64,000 nucleotides of DNA from Spirochaetia bacterium. Lineage in GTDB: Bacteria; Spirochaetota; Spirochaetia; CAKZLE01. The translations under genes and the position numbers were made by a program. The notes beneath the pieces were generated by a model that was not told the DNA's origin, did not search any database, and saw nothing but the letters and a program-made list of their open reading frames with translations. Location: NCBI GenBank assembly GCA_963677595.1, contig OY782041.1:3072001-3136000 (forward strand), read 5' to 3'. Of this stretch, positions 39,731-50,967 are shown one piece after another; the stretch's first letter is position 1, and every line of letters begins with the position of its first letter.

Positions 39731-40249
39731 ATGGTTAAGATTTTAAAAACACTGCTAAATCCGGCACGTTTAATAGTTATTGTATATAAAATAAATAATT
39801 TTATTGCTTGTAGGTTTAGATTCCTAAAGCCCATTTGTCAGATAAATATGATCATAATGAAAATTTTATCTGGAATAGAAATTGAATTAGGTGCAAAAAT
39901 AGGGAAAAATCTACAGTTTATTCATGGCAATGGAGTAGTAATAGGGAACATGGTCGAAATTGGGGACAATGTGAAAATTTATCAAAATGTTACAATCGGA
40001 GGTAATTTTCAGAAAACAGAAATAATAAATGGGAAAGTGTGGCATCAACCACAAATAGGTAATAATGTGATCCTTTGTCCTGGGGCCAAAATTCTGGGGC
40101 CTATTAGTATTGACCCATATACTATAATAGGTGCAAACACCGTTATTACTGAGAATGTTGATTCTTATAAACTTGTTCTTCGGTCAGGAACTGTTATATA
40201 TAAAGATATAAAAAATACAAGATTTCATAAAATACTAGATGAAATTTAG
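39731..40249 (+). CDS. Serine acetyltransferase-like hexapeptide O-acetyltransferase
   Basis: Hexapeptide repeats, HGNGVVIG, QNVTIG, P.IGNNV. Confidence 0.85.
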   Translation: MVKILKTLLNPARLIVIVYKINNFIACRFRFLKPICQINMIIMKILSGIEIELGAKIGKNLQFIHGNGVVIGNMVEIGDNVKIYQNVTIGGNFQKTEIINGKVWHQPQIGNNVILCPGAKILGPISIDPYTIIGANTVITENVDSYKLVLRSGTVIYKDIKNTRFHKILDEI

Positions 40250-40279
40250 ATTTGAAAAGAAGGTTTTTATAAAAAAAAT

Positions 40280-41290
40280 ATGAATATATTACATGTTGCT
40301 AAGCTTAATCATTCCAGACCAAATGGATATACTATTGCAATCAATGGTCATTACAGAGCACAAAATGAGTTTTCTAAGGATACAATTCAGCTATATGATA
40401 TTTCAAACAAAACTTCGATTAGCTTTAATCAAATTGATTTGATTGTTTTCCATGGGATATACAAATATGAATTTATTCCATTGCAAGTCAGATGTGTTTT
40501 AGCAAAAAAGCCTTTTATTATTGTTCCTCATGGTAGTTTAACAAAAACAGCCAGGAAAACGAAAAGAGTAAAAAAGAGTATTTATGAGATTTTCATAATG
40601 AATTATATTTTAAAAAAATCAAAAGCAATACAGTTCTTATGTGAACAAGAGCAGAATGAATCATCACCTTATAATATGTTGAACAATATAATTGTTCCAA
40701 ATGGTATAAAAATTCCAAAAGAAAAAACATACAAAAAAAAATTTTCAAAGAAAATTGGTTTTCTTGGGCGGTACGATATTTATCATAAAGGGTTAGATAT
40801 ACTGATTAATGCAATATATTCTGAGCGCGACTTTATTAGAGCAAATAATTTAACATTTGATTTTTATGGTTCAGATTTTGCTGGTGGAGAAAAAATATTA
40901 TCTGAATTTATTAACCAAAGAGAGCTATATGATATTGTCACAGTTCATGGACCAGTAATCCAACAAGAGAAATGGGAAGTATTAGAAAAATTTGACTTTT
41001 TTATTCATACATCTCGTTTTGAAGGACTTCCACTTGCTGTTTTAGAGGCTTTATCCAAATCAATACCATGTATTCTTTCTGTCGGTACCAATTTTTCACA
41101 ATTGGTTTTTGATAATAATGCTGGGTTCATTTTCGAAAATGATAACTTTCATTATATTTTAAATGAAATTGCAGAGATGAATATTGATAAATATAATGAA
41201 TTAGCAAAACAATCTTACTTATTGGCACAAGAATATAGTTGGGAAAAAATTGTTAAAAGAACAATTATAGAATATAGGAAGTTTGTATAA
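40280..41290 (+). CDS. Glycosyltransferase family 4
   Basis: PHGSL, VPNGI, FLGR...HKGLDIL, SRFEGLPLAVLEAL. Confidence 0.92.
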   Translation: MNILHVAKLNHSRPNGYTIAINGHYRAQNEFSKDTIQLYDISNKTSISFNQIDLIVFHGIYKYEFIPLQVRCVLAKKPFIIVPHGSLTKTARKTKRVKKSIYEIFIMNYILKKSKAIQFLCEQEQNESSPYNMLNNIIVPNGIKIPKEKTYKKKFSKKIGFLGRYDIYHKGLDILINAIYSERDFIRANNLTFDFYGSDFAGGEKILSEFINQRELYDIVTVHGPVIQQEKWEVLEKFDFFIHTSRFEGLPLAVLEALSKSIPCILSVGTNFSQLVFDNNAGFIFENDNFHYILNEIAEMNIDKYNELAKQSYLLAQEYSWEKIVKRTIIEYRKFV

Positions 41291-41307
41291 AAACATTTGG
41301 GAATTTG

Positions 41308-42591
41308 ATGAATACAGAAAGCAGAATTAAAAAGATATCAGCAATATTAGTTTTTTTGGCTATTGTATTTTTCATGGTATTTTTGAACCAGAAAAAAAGT
41401 GATTTAATACTATTTGTTTCCTTTGGGCTTTTAGTTTGTGTTGTTTTATATGAAACCAATACAAATAATATATATATAATTGTTTTCCTATTACCATTTT
41501 TAGTCAAATATAGGCTGTCTTTTTTTGATGTTTCATTAATTTCTATATTATCAATAGTAATTGCTATAAAATATTTCTTTTTATTTTTTAAAACAAATCT
41601 TACATTTCCCTTTCCCATTTTCATGTTTTTTATCAGTTTATTATCTGTTGAATTGGGTACCCTATTACTTGGGGATTGGTATGGACTTGGAACTCTGATC
41701 AAGAATTTCAGTTGGATATTGTTGTTGATATATTTTATTTCTTTATTGTTCAATGATTTAATTGATGCTTCATATCGAAAACTTGTGTTTTCACATGCTT
41801 CTGGTTTAGCTCTTAGTGTATTAATTACACTTCCAGAAGCTATTTCCTATTTTGGTATAAGTTATAGAGATAGATACACAGCCTGTTACAATGACCCAAA
41901 TGCTTTTTCTTTAGCGGTTTGTTTTAGTATAGCAAATTTGTTAACCTTGCATCTTACTACTCGTAAATCAATATATTTTGCTTCTTCTTTAATCTTTTCG
42001 TTAATCGGATTTTTAAGTCTTTCAAAAACATACTTGTTGGTATTACTTTTCTTATTTTTAATTTATTTCTTATTTGTTATTTTTTATAGAAGGATTGGCT
42101 TTGCAAAGATTTTTAGTATAGTTGGTATAATAATAATATTTTTTTTTATTTTTCAAGCAACAATAATTAATTACTATCAGCTTTATATTAATAGATTTGA
42201 GTATTCTTCAAATTTTTCATCAGGGCGTTTTGACCTCTGGATAAGTTACTGGTCTGTTATAACATCAAATGTTAAAATCTTTTTGTTTGGGTTAGGGAAA
42301 GGGGCGTATCAGGAAAATTATAATCTAAATGTTGCGCATAATTCCTACTTGCAATTATTAATTTCTTGGGGGATTTTTGGTGTATTATTGATATTACTAA
42401 TCATTAGTTGGTCCTACACCTCACTTAATAATTCAAAAAATTGCAAGAAAAAATTATTTAGTTATTTCCCCATAATAACATTTATCATATATATTAGTTC
42501 CTTAGATCTTTTTCAGAGTATAATTTTTTCAATATATTTTTATATATCAATAAATGCTATTTTTAATAATCAAGAGGCAAAAAACATATGA
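41308..42591 (+). CDS. Wzy-like polysaccharide polymerase / O-antigen ligase family membrane protein
   Basis: Multi-TM; DPN, SSGR..LW, FGLG.G, AHNSYL motifs. Confidence 0.8.
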   Translation: MNTESRIKKISAILVFLAIVFFMVFLNQKKSDLILFVSFGLLVCVVLYETNTNNIYIIVFLLPFLVKYRLSFFDVSLISILSIVIAIKYFFLFFKTNLTFPFPIFMFFISLLSVELGTLLLGDWYGLGTLIKNFSWILLLIYFISLLFNDLIDASYRKLVFSHASGLALSVLITLPEAISYFGISYRDRYTACYNDPNAFSLAVCFSIANLLTLHLTTRKSIYFASSLIFSLIGFLSLSKTYLLVLLFLFLIYFLFVIFYRRIGFAKIFSIVGIIIIFFFIFQATIINYYQLYINRFEYSSNFSSGRFDLWISYWSVITSNVKIFLFGLGKGAYQENYNLNVAHNSYLQLLISWGIFGVLLILLIISWSYTSLNNSKNCKKKLFSYFPIITFIIYISSLDLFQSIIFSIYFYISINAIFNNQEAKNI

Positions 42592-43502
42592 TATACATAT
42601 TATTGTCAACCTATAATGGTCAAACATATTTAAGACCATTACTTGATTCAATTTTAGCACAATCGGTACTTGCTTGGCGGCTTTTTATTCGAGATGATAA
42701 TTCTTCAGATCAAACATTAGCAATTATAAAAAAATATAAAAACAAATTAGGAGAAAAACTTCAAGTCTTGGAAGATGATCTTGGGAATATTGGTGCAACA
42801 AAAAGTTTTCTTGAATTAATAAAAAGCGTCCCAAAGGATGCTGAATATATAGCATTATGTGATCAGGATGATTTCTGGTTAGAGACTAAGCTTGAAAACG
42901 CTATTAATAAATTTGTTGATTCTCAGCCCACTCTGTATTGTAGTAGTACATATATTACCGATGAAAAACTAGAAGTCTTATATAAAAAGAATATAAATAT
43001 TGGGGGGAAAATAAATTACAAAACCGCTATTTTTCAAAATTATACATCAGGGTGTACATATGTTTTCAATAAACAATTATTAAAAATATTAAAATTGAAT
43101 GAATATGATTTTTGTAATATCATCATGCATGATTACTGGATTTACTTGATTGCATGTAATTTAGGTAAAATTTATTATGATACTAATGCATATATTTATT
43201 ATAGACAGCATTCTAATAATTATTGCGGGGTAGGATCTAGGGTGAATTTCCTAAATTATATTAATAATTTAAGCAATTTTAAGAAGCGTTGTAATGTTTT
43301 TATTGGTAATTATAAAATGGTCGATAAATTTCAAAAAATCTTTAAAAATTCGCTATCTGAGGAAAAAGACATTTATATAGAGCAATTCCTCGCTTCAAGA
43401 GAGACTATGCTAAAAAGAGTACAGTTCATATTAAAACATATATTATATAAACAAGTTGGGAGGAAGTTATTCACTTACTTAATGTGTAAGGATGAAGAGT
43501 GA
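42588..43502 (+). CDS. Glycosyltransferase family 2 (rhamnosyltransferase-like)
   Basis: ILLSTYNG, IRDD.SSD, LCDQDDFW...KL, HDYW, YRQH. Confidence 0.88.
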   Translation: MIYILLSTYNGQTYLRPLLDSILAQSVLAWRLFIRDDNSSDQTLAIIKKYKNKLGEKLQVLEDDLGNIGATKSFLELIKSVPKDAEYIALCDQDDFWLETKLENAINKFVDSQPTLYCSSTYITDEKLEVLYKKNINIGGKINYKTAIFQNYTSGCTYVFNKQLLKILKLNEYDFCNIIMHDYWIYLIACNLGKIYYDTNAYIYYRQHSNNYCGVGSRVNFLNYINNLSNFKKRCNVFIGNYKMVDKFQKIFKNSLSEEKDIYIEQFLASRETMLKRVQFILKHILYKQVGRKLFTYLMCKDEE

Positions 43503-43736
43503 ATTAATCAATTGAGAGATCCTAGACTGCAATATACTAATATAAGCTATAGTTATGATTCTTTTTTGTTGTATAAGCATATACGTGTTCGTTCTCATAT
43601 CTGAGAAAATTATATGGTGAATTCCATATTGTCTAATATTAAATATTACTATTAGAAGTCAAATATAAGAAAATACTATTTAGATATCAAATTGAGGAGT
43701 CTATTTTCCATCACTCAAATACCTGGGAGTTTATGT

Positions 43737-44894
43737 ATGCAAAATCTGATAAATAAGATTAACCTAGACAAAGTTCTGGGAATTGATTATTACTATAGTA
43801 AAGATATAAAAAATAATAAACTATTTGCTCTGTGTTTATTATGTTTTATTAAAAGCCTATTTTTGAAAGATAATATTAAAAATGGATCTAATTTCAATAA
43901 TAATTATTTATTTCTCAAAACGCAAAATAGACGTGATTATGATAATCTATTCAATATTATCTATAACTCATGTAATCAAAACAAAGGAGAAATAAATCTC
44001 AAATATAAATATTCAATGAATTTTTTGTATATTTACTATTTTGTAAAACTTAGTTATGTAAGAAAAACCTTACAAAGTACAAAAAGATTGCTAGTTGGAT
44101 TGTATTTGTATCTTAAATTTGTAAGATATTTTCAAGTTATTGTTAAGCTAGATAAGATTCAGTTTTGTAAATTAGTGGTCTTTTCGGATGTTCAACCTAT
44201 AGAGAACTTATTTGTACAAATATGTAATCTTAGGGAGAGGGATACAATAACACTTCAGCATGGTTTATTTATTGACTACAAAAATTTACCAAATATAAAC
44301 ATGTTAAATTATACTAATGTATCTTCTCAAACAATTTTAGTTTGGGGAGAAAACAGTAAGAATCTATTTTTAAAATATAATCCAAAAATTAATGTTGTAA
44401 TATGTGGGAATCCGGCAATACTTCCTATTCAACGATCTAATACATTAACGCAATATTTTGGAGTAGTTTTTGATCAGCCCTTATTTTTGTCATACAATAA
44501 ATTACTATTAGATATAGCACAAGAATTTGCAAAGAAGAAAGATCTAAAAATTAAACTTAGAATACACCCCCAAGATGACATAAATAACTATGATATTCAA
44601 AATGAAATTGTAAGTGTAAATAGAGATGTTTATGATGTAGACTTTGTTTTAGCCCATACAACAACAATGATATTTGAATTGTTAACGCAAGGGATACCAG
44701 TGTATAAGCTTGATACAGATATACCTTCTCATAAAATGAACCAGCAAATTACTTTTAGAACATATCAAGAATTAGAGAATAAATTTAATAGCAACTTTTC
44801 TTTTAAAAAAGAAGCTGATGAATATATAAAATTTATAAATAAAGAATCATATAATAGGTATACTGACTTTTTTAATAAATTGATGAAATTATAA
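43737..44894 (+). CDS. Hypothetical polysaccharide biosynthesis protein (possible GT-B ulosonic acid transferase)
   Basis: TLQHG, ILVWGE, GNP and RIHP motifs, as in GT-B proteins of capsule loci; start uncertain (TTG at 43692 possible). Confidence 0.55.
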   Translation: MQNLINKINLDKVLGIDYYYSKDIKNNKLFALCLLCFIKSLFLKDNIKNGSNFNNNYLFLKTQNRRDYDNLFNIIYNSCNQNKGEINLKYKYSMNFLYIYYFVKLSYVRKTLQSTKRLLVGLYLYLKFVRYFQVIVKLDKIQFCKLVVFSDVQPIENLFVQICNLRERDTITLQHGLFIDYKNLPNINMLNYTNVSSQTILVWGENSKNLFLKYNPKINVVICGNPAILPIQRSNTLTQYFGVVFDQPLFLSYNKLLLDIAQEFAKKKDLKIKLRIHPQDDINNYDIQNEIVSVNRDVYDVDFVLAHTTTMIFELLTQGIPVYKLDTDIPSHKMNQQITFRTYQELENKFNSNFSFKKEADEYIKFINKESYNRYTDFFNKLMKL

Positions 44895-44904
44895 GGGCAT
44901 TATT

Positions 44905-46296
44905 TTGCAAAAAAAACTAATTAATGCAGGATCCTTTTATTTAGTTAGCAATCTATTTAATAAAGGAATAGTTTTCTTAACAATTCCCATTTACACAAGA
45001 GTTCTATCTTCCTACGATTATGGTATTATAAATACATTTACTGCTTGGGTGGGGATAATAACAATTCTAATAGGTTTTGCATTCCATATGGGAGTCCGAG
45101 CTGCTTTCAAAGACTATATTAGTAAAATAAATAATTTTTTTAAATCGATAATCATATTAAATACAATAATTTTTATTTCTATATTTTTAATATTTACATT
45201 AGTTTACAATTTTTGCTCATTTAATAAGTACTATATATTAATTTCTCTTTGCTTATTTCAAGGATTTTCTCTAGGAATAATTCAGGATTATAGTATGTAT
45301 TTAATGATGAAATTAAGATATAAGGAAAGATCATTATTAATGGTTTTCCCTAATATTATAATCACTTTATTATCCATATTTTTCATTATTTTTATTTTAA
45401 ACTCTAATAAATATCTTGGTAAAATAGTTACAGGGACAATAATTAATTTTATAGTTGCAATAGTAATAATTATCAAAGTACTGAAATTTGATGGCCCAAT
45501 TATTAATAAGGAGTATTGGAAGTATGTATTGAGGGTTTCCACCCCATTAATATTTCATGGATTATCTTTAACTATTCTTAGTCAATCAGATAGGATAATG
45601 CTTACATATTTTAGAGGTCCATCCGAAACCGGTATTTATAGCTTATCTTATAATTTTGGTATGATTGCTAATTTGCTAATCACCTCTATTGATGGAGTAT
45701 GGGTCCCATGGTTCTATAAAAATATGGAATCAGAATCTATTGAATTACTTAATGAGAAGGTTAGATTATATATAGAAATAATTGTAATTCCTATCATCTG
45801 TATTTTGTTGGTTTCACCAGATTTATTAAAACTTCTGGCTCCTCGAGATTATTGGGATGGGATCAGTTTATTACCTTTAATTATAAGCGCAAGTATAATA
45901 ATTTTTTATTATACTTTATATGTTAATATTGAACATTATCATAAAAAAACAAAAGTAATTGCTTTAAATACACTTATATCTGCTTTGTTAAATATTGTAT
46001 TAAATATAGTTTTTATACCGAAATATGGAATGTTAGCAGCGGCTGGCACTACAACCGTTTCATATGCTATTTCATTCTTACTTCATTACAAATATTCAAA
46101 AACGATAGAACCGGAACTTTTCCCAGTACAAAAATATTTAATTATGCCTTTTTGGGTTTTGATAGCTATAGTTTTGTTCTATTTGTTTGAAGGAAACATG
46201 TTTGTTCGTTGGATTTTGGCAAGTATGTATTTACTTAGTTATGTTTTGTTTAGAAGGCGTCTTTTAATAAGTATAGTAGGAAAAAGAATTAATTGA
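44905..46296 (+). CDS. Wzx flippase
   Basis: PIYTRVLS..DYG, SDRIML, GIYS, FIPKYGM..AA; many TM segments. Confidence 0.9.
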   Translation: MQKKLINAGSFYLVSNLFNKGIVFLTIPIYTRVLSSYDYGIINTFTAWVGIITILIGFAFHMGVRAAFKDYISKINNFFKSIIILNTIIFISIFLIFTLVYNFCSFNKYYILISLCLFQGFSLGIIQDYSMYLMMKLRYKERSLLMVFPNIIITLLSIFFIIFILNSNKYLGKIVTGTIINFIVAIVIIIKVLKFDGPIINKEYWKYVLRVSTPLIFHGLSLTILSQSDRIMLTYFRGPSETGIYSLSYNFGMIANLLITSIDGVWVPWFYKNMESESIELLNEKVRLYIEIIVIPIICILLVSPDLLKLLAPRDYWDGISLLPLIISASIIIFYYTLYVNIEHYHKKTKVIALNTLISALLNIVLNIVFIPKYGMLAAAGTTTVSYAISFLLHYKYSKTIEPELFPVQKYLIMPFWVLIAIVLFYLFEGNMFVRWILASMYLLSYVLFRRRLLISIVGKRIN

Positions 46297-46335
46297 TAGT
46301 CAGTATGAATATACTAAATCAAGACCCTATATTAT

Positions 46336-48262
46336 CATGAATTTTAATTAATTTTGTACTAGAAATAGCACAAATCGTTCCTGGTTAACAACATAAACCT
46401 TTACAAGCCTCCTTTTAAATAGTACAATTAGCTATTAATAGGAGGGATGCAAACATGGCCAGACCGCCCAGGAACGATGACAAGATCTACCTTAACCTCC
46501 ATATCAATCAAGGGTACCGATACGCTCGTGCTCAGGTTCCGTACAAAACTGAATCAGGGGTGAAGCGGTACAAATCTGTCCATTTTGGTACAGTCACCGA
46601 TGAGCTTGTATTCAACCCGAATCACAAGTTTCTCTATGCATCTGAAGAGGTACGGAAGGCCCTCGTGTTTCCTCCTGAGTGGAATGTGAGTGCCGCCTTC
46701 AAGGAGATTCACCCTCCGCCGGGGAGACCGGAATCATCAGATGAGGATACGAACCGTCTGTATGGCCATATCTGGCTTCTCGAGAAGATTGCAGAATCTA
46801 CCGGAATCCGCAAGGACCTCCTGCAGGTCTTCCATGGCAACAAGGCCCTGGTGAACGATATCCTTACCCTTGCCATGTTTCCCTATGTTACCGGGTACAC
46901 CTATAACCGAGTTGAACGCTGGCAGCGGATTGTAAAAGCTCCGTCAGACAGACCGCTGAACCCGCCAGCCATTACGCATCTGACGCAGAGCATCACCGAG
47001 CAGCATCGCATGGATCTGTTGCGACTACGGTTGAACCGGCTCGAAAAGGGGGAAGTCTGCGCTGTTGATTCCACGTCCCGGACTGCGTATGGCAGCGCTC
47101 TTGCAGACATCCGCTGGGGCAAGAACAAGGAAGGGCTGAAACTTCCCCAGACCAATGAAGTAGTAGTCTACTCGCTCAGCAGCCATGTACCGGTATACTA
47201 CCGGACATTCCCGGGGAACATGATTGACAGCAGATCCCTGCGGACCATCTTCAAGGATCTTGATGATGCGGGATTCCCGGACACCATCTTGGTGACCGAC
47301 CGTGGATATGAAAAGATAGAGACGCTTGAGGCCTATATCCTGAAAGGGAAGGCCATGATCATGTGCACCAAGGTTCAGCAAACCTTGGTGAAGAACGTGA
47401 TCAAGTCGCTTGCTCCATTTACTGATAGACCCGAAGAGATGTCATATGACCGGGAATCCGGCATCTATTATCTGCAGCAGCGAGTTGACTATGCGGTACA
47501 GAGTGTCCAGAAGGACAAGATAACGCATGCGAAGAACCTCTGTGTAAACCTCTATTTTGATCCCATGCGGAGAACGCTGGAACTGAAGAAGCTTGCCGAT
47601 GATCTTTATGATATGCAGGAGGAGTTGGATGAACTCATCGGGAAAGATGCTCCCTACACTGCTGCTGAGATAAAGAAACAGTTCAAATACTATAGCGTGA
47701 GCTATGATTCAGAGGCGAACCGTATTACTGGATACACGCGAGATGCCAAGAAGATCAGTAAAGCCAAAGAGTTGTCAGGCTTCTTCTCCATTACCAGTCA
47801 CAATCTGACTATGGGCGGCATGGAAGTGCTTGAGACCTACAATCTTCGTGATGAGCAGGAGAAGTACTTCCAGCAGATGAAGAGTCAGATGGTCAGTGAC
47901 CGACAGCGAAACTGGTCGGAAGAAGGAAAGACAGGAAGGCTCTTCATCCTGTATGTCTCGCTGGTGTTGGCCTCTCAGGTACGGTATACGTGGAAACAAT
48001 CGTTGACAAAGCAATTCTCTACATCACTTGAAATGCTTGATGAGATGAAGCCGATTCGGTGTATTGAGCATGCAGGAACAGCGAAACATATAACAGCCTT
48101 TGTAGGCAAACAGCGTGAGATCTGCAATGCGTTTGGCTTTGAGATCCCGCCGGGTTGTGATGTCGGGTATGAGATCAGGAAAGTTGAGCCAAAGAAGAAG
48201 AGAGGTCGACCACGGAAGCCGCGTGTCGAGAATTAATAGTACAAAATATATCAAAATTCATG
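46336..48262 (+). mobile_element. IS1634-like insertion sequence, apparently intact
   Basis: 26-bp imperfect IRs CATGAATTTTAATTAATTTTGTACTA and TAGTACAAAATATATCAAAATTCATG; 7-bp direct repeat ATATTAT on both flanks. Confidence 0.85.
46455..48236 (+). CDS. IS1634-like DDE transposase
   Basis: AVDSTS, WGKNK, PGNM.D, TDRGY, Y..RDEQEK.F..MKS; GC content higher than the surrounding locus. Confidence 0.88.
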   Translation: MARPPRNDDKIYLNLHINQGYRYARAQVPYKTESGVKRYKSVHFGTVTDELVFNPNHKFLYASEEVRKALVFPPEWNVSAAFKEIHPPPGRPESSDEDTNRLYGHIWLLEKIAESTGIRKDLLQVFHGNKALVNDILTLAMFPYVTGYTYNRVERWQRIVKAPSDRPLNPPAITHLTQSITEQHRMDLLRLRLNRLEKGEVCAVDSTSRTAYGSALADIRWGKNKEGLKLPQTNEVVVYSLSSHVPVYYRTFPGNMIDSRSLRTIFKDLDDAGFPDTILVTDRGYEKIETLEAYILKGKAMIMCTKVQQTLVKNVIKSLAPFTDRPEEMSYDRESGIYYLQQRVDYAVQSVQKDKITHAKNLCVNLYFDPMRRTLELKKLADDLYDMQEELDELIGKDAPYTAAEIKKQFKYYSVSYDSEANRITGYTRDAKKISKAKELSGFFSITSHNLTMGGMEVLETYNLRDEQEKYFQQMKSQMVSDRQRNWSEEGKTGRLFILYVSLVLASQVRYTWKQSLTKQFSTSLEMLDEMKPIRCIEHAGTAKHITAFVGKQREICNAFGFEIPPGCDVGYEIRKVEPKKKRGRPRKPRVEN

Positions 48263-48456
48263 ATATTATAGAAAGAATGAAATATACAAAAACTGGAAAT
48301 GAATAATTCAATATAATAATATAATTGAAAAAAAGATATTAAAGAGACAGAAAAGAACGTAAAAAAAATAAATTCAACATGTTTGCTTTTAAAGTTATTA
48401 GCAATGCAACTATATATGAGATAGAAGTATTAATATTACATATTAAATATATTAGA

Positions 48457-50035
48457 GAGCCAATTTCAAAATAGGGCTCAACGCCATACAAATGTATAAA
48501 TATGCATAAGAAGTACTTCGAGAGGTTCGTATATGTGCTTGATATAAGGAGAGAGACGCTTGCACTCTGCTTGATGACCCAGTGATGAGTATATGAAAAA
48601 GGATTCCTTTCTGTTATAGTTTAATTACGACAAAAAAACAAAAACAAAAAAAGGAATCCTGTATGGCTTATACTATCCCAAGTACGTTCGGACTTCAATC
48701 CCTTCTCTTCACATCTGAGGACCTATCATCCTGTTTGTTCCGAAAACCCACAGCACGGGAGCGGGAATTCCTGCAGTTCCTGCAGGCAGTTCAGGGATTG
48801 TTAACACCAGAAGAGCAGCAGGCTCTCAGCAGAAATCACACACGAGGCAGGCTCGGATATGAACTGAAGAGTATCCTTGGCATACAGCTGCTGAAACTCG
48901 TTTATCGACAACCGACGATGAAAGAGACTCTCCTGCTGCTGCAGGAGAATGGTAATCTCAAAGACATGCTTGCTCTTGATGCCATTCCCAGTCAAGCTAC
49001 GGTCAGTCGGCTCTCGAGTCAGGTGATGGCGATCGTCTCACCTACAGCACTCCATGAGCGTGTGATCTCTGAGTATGTGCAAGCGACCGATAGAGTCATC
49101 GGACATCTATGCATAGACAGCACGACGATCGAGGCACGTGAGAAGCCGATACACCGGACCAGAAAGACAGAAGAGAGAAAGAAACCAGCTAAGAAGCCGG
49201 GGAGAAAGAAGAACGGATCTCCTGAACAGCAGGAATATCTTAAACGGAAGGCTCAGGAAGAACAGGAGCGGATTGCCTATCTGCACGAATCCTGGGAGCA
49301 TACCGTCTCAAAGCTGGAGATGCGCTGTTCTCTGACAGCGAAGCAGAACTCAAAAGGGAAGAGACAATGGTTCATCGGGTACAAGGCTCATCTTGCCACT
49401 GATGACTTCGGAGTCCCGATGAGCTATGTAGTGACCGGGGCATCGGTCCATGATAGCAAGGTTGCAGTCCCCTTGATGAAGATGACCCGGGAACGCTCTG
49501 ACTTCTTCTATATTCTGCTCGACAAGGGCTACATCAGTCCCCTCATCAATGACTATGCGGATCATATCGAACGGAAGGTGATCATCGACAGGAAGGCCTA
49601 TCAGGGAGTAGCCCCGATCCCGCTGGAACCAGCGGCTGCTGCACGGTATACGGCCCGGACTACGGTCGAGCGGACCAACAGCGAACTCAAGGACGGGTTC
49701 TTGCCGGACAAGATCTACAAGCAGGCTGCCAGGGCACGGTATGAAATAGCATTGGCCATTCTTCTCACCACCATGAAGAAAGTGAGGAATGTGCTGAAGC
49801 TCTACGACGAGAAGAGCTTCGATTCAGCTGCGTAAAGCCAAAGCTGCAGCATTCTACACAAGCCCACCAGCATAGGATGGGCGCTTCAGTGTGCATAAAC
49901 TACCATGAACGGATGTCTCATCTCCAGATTTCAGCACAGACTCTGGCCGAATGCTGGGTCTCCAGCAGGTTCTGTATGTTTATGCAGCTCTTTGTGCATA
50001 TTTATACGGGGAGATCTGCTTTTTGAAATCGGCTC
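48457..50035 (+). mobile_element. IS5/IS1182-like insertion sequence
   Basis: IRs GAGCCAATTTCAAAA and TTTTGAAATCGGCTC; 4-bp TAGA duplication on both flanks; subterminal inverted GTATAAATATGCA. Confidence 0.85.
48663..49835 (+). CDS. DDE transposase (IS5/IS1182-like)
   Basis: PSQATVSR, IDSTTI, GYKAHL, ASVHDS, LDKGY, Y..RTTVERTN..LK. Confidence 0.88.
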   Translation: MAYTIPSTFGLQSLLFTSEDLSSCLFRKPTAREREFLQFLQAVQGLLTPEEQQALSRNHTRGRLGYELKSILGIQLLKLVYRQPTMKETLLLLQENGNLKDMLALDAIPSQATVSRLSSQVMAIVSPTALHERVISEYVQATDRVIGHLCIDSTTIEAREKPIHRTRKTEERKKPAKKPGRKKNGSPEQQEYLKRKAQEEQERIAYLHESWEHTVSKLEMRCSLTAKQNSKGKRQWFIGYKAHLATDDFGVPMSYVVTGASVHDSKVAVPLMKMTRERSDFFYILLDKGYISPLINDYADHIERKVIIDRKAYQGVAPIPLEPAAAARYTARTTVERTNSELKDGFLPDKIYKQAARARYEIALAILLTTMKKVRNVLKLYDEKSFDSAA

Positions 50036-50081
50036 TAGAATTGTTTTTTACATATATATAATAATTGATTTACTGTAAGGA

Positions 50082-50951
50082 GTGAATATGAAAGCAGTTA
50101 TTTTATCTGGAGGTACAGGATCTCGGCTTTATCCTGCCACAATTGTTATTAGCAAACAATTATTACCAATTTATGATAAACCAATGATTTATTATCCACT
50201 AGCAGTACATATGCTTGCGGGGATTCGTGATATCCTTCTTATTTCTTCACCAGAAGCATTACCAATATATCAAGTGTTATTTGGTGATGGAAGCCAATTG
50301 GGAATCAATATTTCTTACTGTGAGCAGAAAGCTCCAAATGGACTTGCAGAAGCTTTTATTCTTGGAGAAGACTTTATTGGTGGTGATTCGGTATCATTAA
50401 TTCTTGGTGATAATATTTTTTATGGTGCAAATTTAGCTTCTCTTGTTCAAGAAGCTGCTCAGATAAAGAGTGGAGCAAGAGTTTTTGGATATCATGTTAG
50501 CGATCCAAAAAGATACGGTGTAGTTGAGTTTGATGATCATAATAATGCAATCTCAATAGAAGAGAAACCAACAAATCCAAAATCAAATTATGCTGTTGTA
50601 GGATTATATTTCTATGATAATTCAGTAGTAGATATTGCCAAGAATCTAAAACCTTCATGGAGGGGAGAGCTAGAAGTTACGGATGTGAACCGTGTGTATC
50701 TTGAACGAGGAGATTTAAAGGTCAGTCTAATGGGTAGGGGCTATACCTGGTTAGATACAGGTACCCATAATTCTTTAGCAGATGCCACGAATTTTGTCAG
50801 AACAATTGAAGAACGTCAAGGTTATAAAATTGCATGTCTTGAAGAGATTGCATTTAGAATGGGATTTATTGATGCCGAACAGCTTGAAAAATTAGCTCAA
50901 CCACTCATGGCGTCAGGTTATGGTGAGTATATAATGGATTTGATTAAATAA
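50082..50951 (+). CDS. rmlA: Glucose-1-phosphate thymidylyltransferase
   Basis: [42 protein letters not shown]. Confidence 0.96.
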   Translation: MNMKAVILSGGTGSRLYPATIVISKQLLPIYDKPMIYYPLAVHMLAGIRDILLISSPEALPIYQVLFGDGSQLGINISYCEQKAPNGLAEAFILGEDFIGGDSVSLILGDNIFYGANLASLVQEAAQIKSGARVFGYHVSDPKRYGVVEFDDHNNAISIEEKPTNPKSNYAVVGLYFYDNSVVDIAKNLKPSWRGELEVTDVNRVYLERGDLKVSLMGRGYTWLDTGTHNSLADATNFVRTIEERQGYKIACLEEIAFRMGFIDAEQLEKLAQPLMASGYGEYIMDLIK

Positions 50952-50967
50952 GGAAGATAGCAGAAAA

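Noticed and set aside
38418-40741. A9-A10 runs in the dehydrogenase and GT4 genes as phase-variable tracts
   Set aside because: Expected by chance in very AT-rich, Lys-rich genes; frames are intact.
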